From an uncultured Planctomycetaceae bacterium (GTDB taxonomy: Bacteria; Planctomycetota; Planctomycetia; Isosphaerales; Isosphaeraceae), in NCBI GenBank assembly GCA_963833985.1, contig CAWIAD010000002.1:3584001-3648000 (forward strand): a stretch of DNA of 64,000 bases, in the 5' to 3' direction. The position numbers and the translations under genes were made by a program. This document shows positions 47,704 to 57,519 of the stretch, one piece after another. Within the stretch, counting starts at the first letter, position 1. The number at the start of each line of letters is the position of its first letter. The notes under the pieces are model-generated. The model saw only the letters and a program-made list of their open reading frames with translations. It had not been told where the DNA came from and made no database searches.

Positions 47704-48948
47704 TCATTTCCAGAACTGCCACCAACTCTTGGTTCTCGTTCCCACTGCCTGCAATGTCGTTGACCTAGTGGGTGAGTCGGACTGCGAAGATTCTCGACCT
47801 TCCTTCACAAAACGGAGTTGAGGGTTCGATGGCGATGATTCACTCAGAGCATAAACTTGTCCTCCGTCCATGAATCTTTGCAAATCATCGGCGAGATTCT
47901 CCATGCTCTGGTAACGACGGTCAGGCGTTTTTTCCAGGCACCTCATGCAGATCGCGTCCAATCCTGGGTCGATCGAATCTCGCCGCTGACGCGGTGGCAC
48001 AGGAGGTCTACTTCTGACTTCCGTGATCACCTGGAAGGAGTCTCCGGTGAAGGGCGGTCTCCCGGTCAGCATCTCGTACATGATGGCACCCAGGGAGTAG
48101 ATGTCGGCAGGAGGACCGACCTCTTCGACTCGACCCCATGCCTGCTCAGGAGCCATGTACTGAGGCGTGCCCATGATGGCTCCCGATTTAGTCAAGTTCT
48201 CACGGACCTGCGACTCCGCTGGCAAGTCCAAGGATGCCTGGCGAAGTGCCTCCTGAATGAACTGCCCGATTTCATCCAACCGCTGCTCATCCTCGGCATT
48301 TGGTGTCCCGATCTTCCCCTTCCATTCCGTGCGGACAACATAGTCCTCGAAGGTCGTGGTCACATCGTCATTAGCAGTTTCCTTGATGCTCTCGAAGTCC
48401 TCCCTCATCCTAGTCAGTTCGGTAAAGCCCCCTGGGAATATGATGGTAAAGTCAGTTGGGCTGTCATCCCCCGTCGTGAACTTAGCCAAGCCGAAGTCGG
48501 TGATCTTGGGAATCCCATCAGACATCAGTAGCACGTTCGACGGCTTGAGGTCTCGGTGGATAATCCCTCGTTCATGGGCATGTTGCATGGCAAGTGCGAG
48601 TTTCAACGTGATCTGAGCAGTCCAGTCGCAGGGCATTGGATGTGCTCGTATCTTCTCGGCAAGGTTTCCACCTTCGGCGTATTCAAGGACGAAGAAGGGA
48701 AACCCAAGATGGACCCCGACCTCATGAATCAGCACGATATTGGGGTGTGCCAGAGAAGCGATAGCCTCTGCCTCGATGCGGAACCTGGCGAGTTCGAGGA
48801 AGGCTGCTCCACGCCCGCTGAGGATCATCTTCAAGGCAACGGGGCGGTCATAATTGAGATTCTGAGCCTTGTAGACGATGCCCATGCCGCCTCGACCCAG
48901 TTCGCCGAGGATCTTGTAGCCGGGAATGCTCAAGATAGACTCTTCCAT
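47704..48948 (-). CDS. Hanks-type Ser/Thr protein kinase
   Basis: LGRGGMGIVY, VALK, HRDLKPSN, DFG, GTPQYMAPE, DIYSLG. Confidence 0.93.
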   Translation of the reverse strand: MEESILSIPGYKILGELGRGGMGIVYKAQNLNYDRPVALKMILSGRGAAFLELARFRIEAEAIASLAHPNIVLIHEVGVHLGFPFFVLEYAEGGNLAEKIRAHPMPCDWTAQITLKLALAMQHAHERGIIHRDLKPSNVLLMSDGIPKITDFGLAKFTTGDDSPTDFTIIFPGGFTELTRMREDFESIKETANDDVTTTFEDYVVRTEWKGKIGTPNAEDEQRLDEIGQFIQEALRQASLDLPAESQVRENLTKSGAIMGTPQYMAPEQAWGRVEEVGPPADIYSLGAIMYEMLTGRPPFTGDSFQVITEVRSRPPVPPRQRRDSIDPGLDAICMRCLEKTPDRRYQSMENLADDLQRFMDGGQVYALSESSPSNPQLRFVKEGRESSQSDSPTRSTTLQAVGTRTKSWWQFWK

Positions 48949-49175
48949 CCACCAGTCCCGATCGGATTGGGCATTGGTCGTCAATCGCAGACTAGATTCT
49001 GCTCTCGGCTCCTCGCGGATTCCAGGCAAAACACGGAAAGGGGGTGAGTCGGATTGCGGACGGTGTTTTGCACCTTCGAGCTATTGCATTGATGTGCCTG
49101 CATCCTCTTCAGAGCCGCCTGAGTACCTACCAGGACGTGTAATCTCGCCATCCCGAGCCCAAGGTCATGCTCTCC

Positions 49176-49207
49176 AACAAAAAACGCCGAGGACGAGCCC
49201 CGGCGTT
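49176..49207 (-). terminator. Intrinsic terminator
   Basis: Minus strand AACGCCGGGG-ctcgt-CCTCGGCGTT then TTTTGTT, about 30 nt after the stop at 49238. Confidence 0.7.
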
Positions 49208-49237
49208 CAACGAATCAGACTTCAATCTGAAACAAGC

Positions 49238-49912
49238 TCAGGTGGGAGTGGCTTTGCAGACCCGTCTACGTGCGTCTCTGAGTGCGGTCTCGATCTCGGG
49301 GAGGTCGCCAAGTCCCATGATGGTGAAGATCAGCCTGTCGATCTCTGATTCTACTGCCAGGAGAATCGTTGTCCGGGAGGTGTCCTGTCTTCTCGTCTCT
49401 GCGATGGTGTTGGTTGTCGCCCTGGTCTCGGTGGCTGGCTTCCTACCACGAGTCTTGGCGGCAGGAGCCGTCGCACCGGGAGTCTGCTTCTTGGTTGCGG
49501 TGCGGGGTTTCCCTATTAGTCCCAGGCTCTTCCTGACCTCAGAGACGGTAGTGTGGCTGATCCTCCCCTGCATCCCAGCCTTCGCCCACGCCTCGTTGAC
49601 TTCCCCGGAAGTCGCATCGGGATGATCGTTGAGAAACTCTTTGGTGAAGCCCGCTTTGCCGGGAGTAGTTGTCGCCTTCCGTCTCCTCTTGGGGGCAGTC
49701 TTCGGCTTGGCGGCTACTTTGGACTTCGCACCCAGATTGCCCGTCAGCCCCAGTTTTGCTCTGATCTTGTCCACGACGGACTTGCTGACCGTGCCCCTCA
49801 TCCCCTCTGCTGTCCACGCCTCGTTCACGGTTCTGAGGTTGCCTTGTGGATTCTTCGCGAGGAACTCGTTCACGAACTTGGTCTTGTCCCCACGAACGGT
49901 CGCTGTTGCCAT
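49238..49912 (-). CDS. Basic Lys/Thr-rich protein with duplicated HTH-like domain
   Basis: GGGAGA RBS; two copies of KxxFxxEFLxxxPxxxxxxVNEAWxxxGMxGxxSxxxVxxxRxxLGL. Confidence 0.78.
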   Translation of the reverse strand: MATATVRGDKTKFVNEFLAKNPQGNLRTVNEAWTAEGMRGTVSKSVVDKIRAKLGLTGNLGAKSKVAAKPKTAPKRRRKATTTPGKAGFTKEFLNDHPDATSGEVNEAWAKAGMQGRISHTTVSEVRKSLGLIGKPRTATKKQTPGATAPAAKTRGRKPATETRATTNTIAETRRQDTSRTTILLAVESEIDRLIFTIMGLGDLPEIETALRDARRRVCKATPT

Positions 49913-50124
49913 GCTGTAGTCTCCCTGGTTTGTGAGCATCGGTCAGTTCAAGAGTGAACTGTCAGCCTATGATGGTTAGATGGTCAACGAAATCCACGCG
50001 GACTTCAAGAGTCAGTCGGGGCTTCCGTTGGTTGAGGGTCTAGTAGGGAACGTGCTATACCGGTTGCGCCAGATGTAGCGTATTTCTAGACGAGCAGTGA
50101 AAGCAGAAACAGGAGTCGGCAGTA

Positions 50125-50610
50125 ATGATCGTGGTCCTAATGGGCGTCACAGGTTCGGGTAAATCGACTGTCGGCAAGGTCTTGGCTACGGATCTCGGCT
50201 GGAAGTTCTATGACGCAGACGATTACCATCCTGCGGCGAACATCGAGAAGATGCACCGGGGAATCCCCCTGACCGATGAGGATCGCAAGCCCTGGCTCCA
50301 GACTCTTGCCAAGCTGATCGACGATGCACGGGACCGTGGCGAGAACATCGTCCTTGCCTGCTCGGCACTCAAGCATGCTTACCAAGAGTACCTGCGGCAT
50401 CATCTGGATGTGGTTTACTACGTTTGCCTCTGTGGCTCGGAAGAAGTGATCCAAAGGAGACTGGCGGCTCGCAAGGGTCACTTTATGAACCCAAGTTTGT
50501 TGGACAGCCAGTTCGAGGTATTGGAGCCGCCCGAAGACGCGATCAAAGTCGATGTGACAGGGAGTCCCCAGGAGATCGCAGATGAGATTCGACGCAGGCT
50601 CGGTCTTTGA
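50125..50610 (+). CDS. gntK: Gluconokinase (GntK/IdnK)
   Basis: MGVTGSGKS, DADDYHPAANIEKM, LACSALK, RKGHFM..SLLDSQFEVLEPP. Confidence 0.93.
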   Translation: MIVVLMGVTGSGKSTVGKVLATDLGWKFYDADDYHPAANIEKMHRGIPLTDEDRKPWLQTLAKLIDDARDRGENIVLACSALKHAYQEYLRHHLDVVYYVCLCGSEEVIQRRLAARKGHFMNPSLLDSQFEVLEPPEDAIKVDVTGSPQEIADEIRRRLGL

Positions 50611-50676
50611 TCTTGTCCTGAGTATTCACAGCAACCGTGCGGGATGCATTTGTTTCATCAACCGGGATACTTACCG

Positions 50677-51651
50677 ATGCACCGTGCCACACTCGTGAGT
50701 CGGGCAACTCTCTCGATTACGCTCCTTGTGACCATTGCATCAGTGGCAGCCGCCCAAGACGGTGTGGCTGTTGAGCGCTCTGTCATCGTCGATGGGATCA
50801 ACCGGAAGTACCTCGTCTTCGCTCCGAAGGAGTTTGACAAGCCACTGCCTGTAGTCTTGGCTCTTCACGGAGGTGGCGGCAACGCCCGGCAGATGGAACG
50901 GTATACCCGGTTCAACGATCTGGCTGCGAAAGAGGGCTTCATGGTCGTCTATCCCGAGGCAGTGGATGGTAATTGGAACGACGGTCGTGGCATCGAAGGG
51001 GTGAGGGCGCATCAAAAGAACATCGACGACGTGAAGTTCGTGCGACTCGTAGTGGATCGGATCAGCAAGGAGCACAAGATCGACCGCAGCCGAGTCTTCT
51101 CCACGGGCATCTCCAATGGTGGGTTCATGTCACACCGCCTTGCAACGGAGGCATCAGATCTAATCCCTGCTATCGCTCCAGTGGTCGGGGGCATGGCACC
51201 GGCAATGGCGAAGAAGTTTCATCCCGCTCACCCGGTCTCGATTCTCATCATCCAGGGAGACGCTGATCCCCTGGTCCCGATTCGTGGTGGCACGGTCGGT
51301 TTTTTCAGGGGCAGTAGGCGGGGGCACGTGATACCGACCGAGGAGACGATCTCGCTCTACGTGCGGCGCAACGGCAACCAGGGGGAACCGACAATCACGA
51401 CCTTGGATCGGGATAAGAAGGATGGCACGTCTGTCGAGATAAGGAAGTATCCTGACGGACCTGGCGGGGTGAAGACTCAGGTGTACATCGTGAAAGGCGG
51501 CGGGCACACCTGGGCTGGACGCCCGCTTTACCTGCCCGAGATGCTGATCGGGAAGGCGAGCCAGGAGTTCTCGGCGACGGAAGTGATTTGGGAGTTCTTC
51601 AACTCGTGTCCACCTCGGCTTGCTGCTCCAGCTTCCAAGAACTCAAAGTGA
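50677..51651 (+). CDS. Secreted esterase, PHB depolymerase/LpqC family
   Basis: Signal peptide, LHGGGG, GISNGG nucleophile elbow, GDADP, GGGHTW. Confidence 0.88.
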   Translation: MHRATLVSRATLSITLLVTIASVAAAQDGVAVERSVIVDGINRKYLVFAPKEFDKPLPVVLALHGGGGNARQMERYTRFNDLAAKEGFMVVYPEAVDGNWNDGRGIEGVRAHQKNIDDVKFVRLVVDRISKEHKIDRSRVFSTGISNGGFMSHRLATEASDLIPAIAPVVGGMAPAMAKKFHPAHPVSILIIQGDADPLVPIRGGTVGFFRGSRRGHVIPTEETISLYVRRNGNQGEPTITTLDRDKKDGTSVEIRKYPDGPGGVKTQVYIVKGGGHTWAGRPLYLPEMLIGKASQEFSATEVIWEFFNSCPPRLAAPASKNSK

Positions 51652-51684
51652 GTCACCGGCGACATTCATCCGTGAGGGGAGATC

Positions 51685-52266
51685 ATGAACTACGACTTCA
51701 TCTCCATCCCCGACCAAGATGTTCCTCAAACGACTGACCCACTCTTCCAGCACCTCGTCAGCACCTACGTCAGCGAGACCAACAAGACTGCCAGCATGTG
51801 GCGAGCGATCCCTGACGATCTGCTGGACTTCAAGCCTCACGAGAAGATGAACACGATCCGAGCCATCCTGGTCCACCAGATCCTCTCCGAGCGACGGTTC
51901 TTCGCCCAGTTCGTCGGCACCGTGGAGCCACCGGTCGAAGAGCTATTGCCTCCTGGCGATAATCCTCCCGTGCAAGCCTATCTGGACCGATACGTCACTC
52001 TGGCGAAGAGGCGGTTGCCCCAGCTTGCCGAGGCGAGCGCCGAGTGGTGGCTGACCGAGATGCCTTTCTTCGGTGGGTTGAAACGGCAGCGGATCTGGAC
52101 CTTCTGGCGGCGTGTCCTTCATACCTGCCACCACCGGACACAGATTCAGACCTGGCTACGGCTTGCAGGTCAACATGTCCCGGCGATTTACGGACCATCG
52201 GGCGATGTGAAGTGGAAAGAGGCTGACCCGACCTATTCAGTGGAAGCGGCGAAGCGGGGTGGGTAA
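51685..52266 (+). CDS. DinB family protein
   Basis: LDFKPHEK...ILVHQILSE...HTCHHRTQIQTWLRL...VPAIYGPS. Confidence 0.9.
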   Translation: MNYDFISIPDQDVPQTTDPLFQHLVSTYVSETNKTASMWRAIPDDLLDFKPHEKMNTIRAILVHQILSERRFFAQFVGTVEPPVEELLPPGDNPPVQAYLDRYVTLAKRRLPQLAEASAEWWLTEMPFFGGLKRQRIWTFWRRVLHTCHHRTQIQTWLRLAGQHVPAIYGPSGDVKWKEADPTYSVEAAKRGG

Positions 52267-52328
52267 GCGGCTTTCCGATGGGGAGGAGCCGGTAATCGCT
52301 CACACCTCTGACAAAATGACTCTGGGAG

Positions 52329-53264
52329 TCAAGGCGTACCGAGCAAGTCTGTCGGAAGGAGCTTATCATCCAGGTCGGCATGCCACTCGTTATCTTCCCA
52401 GCCTGTTACTGCCCCACAATTCTTGGCATCCCAACAAGGATTCTCCATCCCACCCTTGTTGAACCATCTGACCCGGTTCCCGTTCACCGTATGATCGTGG
52501 CTAGGAGCCTTGGACTGGTTCCACACGTAGATGCCGACGTTTGTGAAAGGTTGCGTCTTGCCGAAGACCTTATTGTCCATTATTTGTATATGATGTCCTC
52601 CTGCGATGGCGATACCGTACTGACCGGGATCGACCAGGATGTTGTCCTTGACCACGATGTAAGCGCCGCCGCTATCGCCGGTCATGATGCCACCGCCCGA
52701 ACCGCTTGGACCTCCTCCCCGGATCGAGTTCCCGATGACCTGAATGGGATCGTTCACTGTGCCGCTCGACTTGTAGATGTTGATCACATCCTCTGGGTTG
52801 CTCTTCCCCAGGGTATTTAGAGCCAGGTTGTGGTTGATCCGATTCCCAGCTCCGGTCACCTTGTCGAATTGGGCAAGCTGTCCCCGAGGGAACGGTCCCT
52901 GGACGTTCAGGCATCGGTTACGAGTCACCTCGATGTGACGGGAATCCAGGGCATAGACGCCGGTGCTGACGGACTCGAACCGATTCTCGGTCACCGTGAC
53001 CTCTTCACACGCATAGATATTGACCGCTTCTCCTTTGCAGGGACCGATCTTGCAGCCTTCGATGCGAATCCTCTTCGAGTTCCTGATGGTGATGCCGTTG
53101 CCCTTGGGATTCACGATCTCAAGTCCGCTGATCGTCACGTCTGCCTTCCCGTCGATGACCAAGGGCTCCGACCTTTTGAGTTCAACGCTCAGAGAGTCGG
53201 TGGTAAGCGCCGAGAATGACAAAATGACGACAAGGAGAAACAAAGTGAATCTGCGGTTCTTCAT
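52329..53264 (-). CDS. Secreted right-handed beta-helix protein
   Basis: GGAGG RBS before ATG 53264, signal peptide, repeated IxVxxNx strands. Confidence 0.82.
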   Translation of the reverse strand: MKNRRFTLFLLVVILSFSALTTDSLSVELKRSEPLVIDGKADVTISGLEIVNPKGNGITIRNSKRIRIEGCKIGPCKGEAVNIYACEEVTVTENRFESVSTGVYALDSRHIEVTRNRCLNVQGPFPRGQLAQFDKVTGAGNRINHNLALNTLGKSNPEDVINIYKSSGTVNDPIQVIGNSIRGGGPSGSGGGIMTGDSGGAYIVVKDNILVDPGQYGIAIAGGHHIQIMDNKVFGKTQPFTNVGIYVWNQSKAPSHDHTVNGNRVRWFNKGGMENPCWDAKNCGAVTGWEDNEWHADLDDKLLPTDLLGTP

Positions 53265-53436
53265 CGCATCTCCCTCCAGTGGCTCAACCACTTGGTCTTG
53301 CTTCTGACATCGGAATACCCTGAGTTCGTTGGAAAGCAATCGGCAAACAATGGCAGCCCAGGATGTCACTGGGACTGCTCGGCATCGACCTGGATCGGTG
53401 ACCTGCACTCTCCGTTCCAATCCTGTTGAACCCCGA

Positions 53437-53697
53437 TCAAGTCTGACTCCTCGTGCGCTGCTTCTTCTCCAGATCGTCGATTGCTGCTTTCCAGTCTTCG
53501 AGCCGCCCGAAGTGAAGCGCTCTCTCGATACCCAGATTCTCAAGGAGCATTCCCTGCACCATAAGCCGCTCGCGGTTACTGGCGAAGATGCCATTGACGT
53601 ACTCGATCTTCTCGGGTGCTTGGTTGATCCGCTCGTCGAATTCCTCGTGCGACCAGAGCCGCCCCTCACGGCGGATATCCCACTCAATAGGTTTCAT
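53437..53697 (-). CDS. Small hypothetical protein
   Basis: PEKIEYVNG...MLLENLGIERA...W; RBS upstream. Confidence 0.65.
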   Translation of the reverse strand: MKPIEWDIRREGRLWSHEEFDERINQAPEKIEYVNGIFASNRERLMVQGMLLENLGIERALHFGRLEDWKAAIDDLEKKQRTRSQT

Positions 53698-53838
53698 TGG
53701 ATCGTTCCATCTCCTGACCCGCTGTGTCACACAGAGTCTCTTCAGATTGTCCTGCGGGACTCCCTGGGCTTCAATCGACGAGCGAGGCTGAGATAATGAA
53801 TGTGCAGTCTTGGTTCAATGGGGTCATCGTGGGATCTG

Positions 53839-54387
53839 ATGATGAAGAATGATCGGCTGATCCGGGTCAGCAAGTACCTGGCGAGGTATCTGCGGCATGC
53901 CCCTCACGAACTCGGGCTGACTCTCCAGCCAGGCGGATGGGTGCCGGTGGACGACCTCCTCGCTGCCTCCCACAAGCGCGGCTTCCCGATCTCCTACGAT
54001 GAACTGGTCGAGTGCGTCGAGACCAACGACAAGCAACGGTTCGCCTTCGACGTATCGGGAGAACTGATCCGTGCGAACCAAGGGCACAGCGTGGAGGTGG
54101 ACCTGCAACTGGAGGAACGTGAACCGCCAGATGTGCTTTACCACGGGACAGTGGAGCGATTCCTTCCGTCGATCTTGAAAGAGGGTCTAGTCAGAGGCAA
54201 GCGGCACCATATCCATCTCTCAAAGGACGTGGAGACGGCGACGAAGGTGGGAGCCAGACGAGGTAAGCCGGTCATCCTCACGGTCGATGCTGGGCATATG
54301 CACCGTGACGGGCACAAGTTCTTCCTTTCGGTGAATGGGGTCTGGTTGGCGGAAAGCGTTCCGCCCCGATACTTGTCGCGATCGTGA
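53839..54387 (+). CDS. kptA: RNA 2'-phosphotransferase (Tpt1/KptA)
   Basis: SKYLARYLRH, NDKQRF, IRANQGHS, LYHGT, RHHIHLS, NGVWL. Confidence 0.95.
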   Translation: MMKNDRLIRVSKYLARYLRHAPHELGLTLQPGGWVPVDDLLAASHKRGFPISYDELVECVETNDKQRFAFDVSGELIRANQGHSVEVDLQLEEREPPDVLYHGTVERFLPSILKEGLVRGKRHHIHLSKDVETATKVGARRGKPVILTVDAGHMHRDGHKFFLSVNGVWLAESVPPRYLSRS

Positions 54388-54397
54388 GAATGATGCC

Positions 54398-55060
54398 TCA
54401 GATCGCCTCTTGCGACGACCAAACCTCGCTGAGCACCCGGAAGACCTCCTGGGCGATGACCTTCGCCCCTTCATCGTTCGGGTGCAACTCGTCACCGAAA
54501 TGCTCGTCACGGAGCTTCGAGGCGATATCGACGAGCGGGACCTCGTTCTCCATGCAGCAGGCTCTGAGCCTTTCATTGTGGTAGTCACAATTGGCGTGCA
54601 ACTCCTCGGCGATCCTCCGTGGGAACATCGACTCGTTCGCGTACGGCACGTTGAGGAGGATCGGCTGCCTCCCGCCGTCCCGGATCGCCCGCACCATCCC
54701 ATCGAGATTCTCAATGATCATGGGGCTCGTCCGCTCGACGGGGGACCACATGCTGAGATCATTCGTGCCGTAGCCGACCACGAAGTACCGGGCGGTCGGG
54801 AACAAGTCCAGGTAGTCCCGGATCTGTCCGAGCCCGTTGGGGCTCACCTCCCCGGCGATGCCGCAGTTGGCGACGGTCAGCCCCAGCGCGTCACAGAGCC
54901 GCTGGAGGAACTCCGGGTAGGTGCGGTAGACCCACCCACTTACGACCCCGAAGTTGTTCCAGCCGGTGATGCTGTCGCCAGCACACACGACATCAACGGA
55001 GTGGCGACCCGCCTGAAAGGCGGGCGACTCACAGTTCGCTAGATAGAGGACGGAAGGCAT
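54398..55060 (-). CDS. SGNH/GDSL hydrolase
   Basis: GDSIT, GIAGE, GTND, DELHPN blocks. Confidence 0.9.
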   Translation of the reverse strand: MPSVLYLANCESPAFQAGRHSVDVVCAGDSITGWNNFGVVSGWVYRTYPEFLQRLCDALGLTVANCGIAGEVSPNGLGQIRDYLDLFPTARYFVVGYGTNDLSMWSPVERTSPMIIENLDGMVRAIRDGGRQPILLNVPYANESMFPRRIAEELHANCDYHNERLRACCMENEVPLVDIASKLRDEHFGDELHPNDEGAKVIAQEVFRVLSEVWSSQEAI

Positions 55061-55184
55061 GGTGGTCGCTCTCAAGCCTGTGTGTTCAGACCCACTCTGG
55101 CGGCATTTCTCCTCGGATGATCTGGCGTATAAATGGTCTGGCGAAGGACCGACGCCAGTGACCCGATCGATTCGGGTTATGCGT

Positions 55185-55568
55185 TCATCCCATCGCTCCG
55201 ACGCACCTCCACCAAAAGTACCCGTCGAAGAGCAGGAGGAACGCTCCCTGCATGAAGACCCCCAGTCCAAAGCCACGCAGCAGGGGCTTCTTGCGACTCA
55301 ACAAGATCCCGGCGACCACAAGGTAAAGCACGTCGAGCCCGGTGTTGAACCTGAGTATAGGCAGCAATTCAGCAGGAGGTCGCCGCTCACCGAGCAAGAC
55401 AAACCACGCAATCCCGCCGTCGATCAGTCCCCAGAGCCCGCTCATGAACCAGAAGGAACGCCAGAACTCTCTCGGACGGGCATAGAGTCCCATCGTTGCC
55501 GTCCCGAGGGATGCGAGGGACCACAAGAGAAGACCGGCGACCAACTGATGCTGGATATCGTTCGTCAT
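55185..55568 (-). CDS. Membrane protein (4 TM)
   Basis: ATG 55568; WGLIDGGIA, NTGLDVLY, QGAFLLLFD. Confidence 0.75.
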   Translation of the reverse strand: MTNDIQHQLVAGLLLWSLASLGTATMGLYARPREFWRSFWFMSGLWGLIDGGIAWFVLLGERRPPAELLPILRFNTGLDVLYLVVAGILLSRKKPLLRGFGLGVFMQGAFLLLFDGYFWWRCVGAMG

Positions 55569-55619
55569 GATTGTTCCTGGCTCATATCCGATGTCCACCG
55601 CTGAAGAGGCTGGTGTGCC

Positions 55620-55745
55620 CCACATGCCGAGGTCATTCGTGTCATATCCCACCACGAAGTACCAGGTGATGGGGAAGAATCCAAGGTAGTTCTCGACCTG
55701 TGAGAGTCCGCTCGGGCTGACCTCCCCGGCGATCCCACCGTTGGC
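55620..55745 (-). pseudogene. Internal fragment duplicated from the SGNH hydrolase gene
   Basis: ANGGIAGEVSPSGLSQVENYLGFFPITWYFVVGYDTNDLGMW aligns without gaps to 54746-54871. Confidence 0.8.
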
Positions 55746-55925
55746 TCGGGCGTGTGTTGAGCAGAAAGCCACAGACGTGGCGTCGTGGATTGGCGATAAT
55801 TGAGCGTCGTGGGACCACTGGCGAAGAGACTTCTGACTCAACTTCGCCCCAAGTGACCGGCGCACCTGGGAGCGAGTTTGGTGCCCTCAGACGCTCGGAT
55901 TCGCCGAGTTACGGTGAGGACAGTG

Positions 55926-56753
55926 ATGCCGAATTTCTTGATCGTCGAGTACGGGGCTGAACACACCGCTATTCTGAAGAGACTGCTCGCGTTGCGTGGC
56001 TACGAAAGCGAGACGGCATCGAGTTGCGAAGAAGCTCTGGCTAAGTTGCGGCGTGAGCGTCCCGACGTGATTACGATCAACCCAATGCTCCCCGACCGTA
56101 GCGGGTTTGATCTCTGCGAGTGTCTCAAATCCGAGAGGGTCATGTGCCTGATCCCGGTCATAGTGATTACTTCAGTGCATGAACAAGCGGTCAGGAACCA
56201 GGGCTTCCGATCCGGTTCCAACGCCCATCTGACCATGCCGTACTCAGTGGATCAGTTTTTCGAGGCTGTCGAGGAGGCTCTCCGCTGCCCCAAGGACCAC
56301 GCCGCCCGCTTCGGAGTGGGTGAGATCGTCATCGACACTCGGCACGAGGATAGCCGGTTGCGACAGACCAATGACCTGATAGTGGATGTCCTGACCCTGA
56401 CTTCTTTGCCAGAGGACGAGGCTGGAGAATTGAAGCAAATTGTGCTGGAGATGGGCGACAAGCTTAGGGACTGGGGAAGTCAGAGGCAGTGTGAGCTTGT
56501 CGCTTCGATCCAGTCCAAGGTCGAACGAGACCGAATCAACCTGGCAATCTGTCGAGACGGGCTCCCGGCAGGTTCCCTGGACGACCCCCTGAGCATGAGT
56601 CTGGACACCCTGGTCGAGCGATGTAGATTCATCGAATTACCGGAAAGTCGAAGCGGGGGACGAGTGGTGTTGGACAGGATAGTAGGGAAGCCCCGGACGA
56701 TGGGGCTGTTGCCCTTCGCTTCCTTGCAGTCAGCCTCCCCACCTTTTGTCTGA
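55926..56753 (+). CDS. Atypical response-regulator receiver + degenerate anti-sigma/HATPase-like domain
   Basis: Receiver fold (PDVITINPMLPD, IPVIVIT, AHLTMP) with the canonical Asp and Lys replaced. Confidence 0.72.
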   Translation: MPNFLIVEYGAEHTAILKRLLALRGYESETASSCEEALAKLRRERPDVITINPMLPDRSGFDLCECLKSERVMCLIPVIVITSVHEQAVRNQGFRSGSNAHLTMPYSVDQFFEAVEEALRCPKDHAARFGVGEIVIDTRHEDSRLRQTNDLIVDVLTLTSLPEDEAGELKQIVLEMGDKLRDWGSQRQCELVASIQSKVERDRINLAICRDGLPAGSLDDPLSMSLDTLVERCRFIELPESRSGGRVVLDRIVGKPRTMGLLPFASLQSASPPFV

Positions 56754-57026
56754 CCTTCGCTGTATGGCATCGAAGGATCATTGGAGGTAGGCGAAGAGAT
56801 TCCGTTGGGGTCGAACCCTTTGACCTACGCGATGAGTGGCTGGATGGTCCCGCTTGGAATCGGTCCCCATACGATCGCTGACCTGGGGTTCTTCGGGAAC
56901 ACGAATAAGCCCCATGAGCTATGAGCAAGGTATCTCTGGAACCACTCCCCACGATCAAGGGGTTATTCTCCACTCAGCGGGATGAGTTACCAGCAGAAAG
57001 ATCTTGGCAATAACGGAAGAGCCGAC

Positions 57027-57476
57027 ATGGCAAAGAACCAGCCGTTTGACGAGGTATCGATCGGGAAGTTCGACATCCTCGCCACCTACATCTACGCCCA
57101 TGCCCTCCTCGACGGGATGGACGACGATGAGGCAAAGCAGCGGGGTATGGTCGCCGCGATCATGGGCGCTCAGGCACGCCTGGGCATCCGCAAGGAGCAC
57201 CACGAGGAGTTCCAGGCGCAGAAGGAAGCCGCCGAGAAGAAGAAAAAGACGACGATCACTGCCGACTCCTTCGACAAGCAAGTGGCTCACAAGATGGGCA
57301 GCTTCTTCGACGAGGTGTTCCTGCCCATGATCAAGAAGCTGGTCGAAGCCCGCCGCTCCTACGAAGATGTGAAACGGCTGGTGAAGATTCCAAGCACTTG
57401 GGGTGCCAAGATCTCGGGCGAGCAGTTCAGGGAGAGGCTGTCCAAGTTCTTGAAGACCGAAACCCCTCGCTCATGA
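57027..57476 (+). CDS. Hypothetical protein
   Basis: Strong GC3 codon bias; IGKFDILATY...AKQRGMVAAIMGA. Confidence 0.78.
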   Translation: MAKNQPFDEVSIGKFDILATYIYAHALLDGMDDDEAKQRGMVAAIMGAQARLGIRKEHHEEFQAQKEAAEKKKKTTITADSFDKQVAHKMGSFFDEVFLPMIKKLVEARRSYEDVKRLVKIPSTWGAKISGEQFRERLSKFLKTETPRS

Positions 57477-57519
57477 GATGGAGTCTTCAACAAGCTGTCA
57501 GGAGTTCCAAGTCCGAGAC

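Noticed and set aside
52329..53687. 452-aa ORF as called by the track
   Set aside because: The N-terminal 141 codons overlap another gene; RBS and signal peptide point to ATG 53264.
56795..56840. tRNA-like fragment (GGTTCGACCCC on the minus strand) as a possible att site
   Set aside because: T-stem and acceptor stem do not pair; no cloverleaf and no second copy found.
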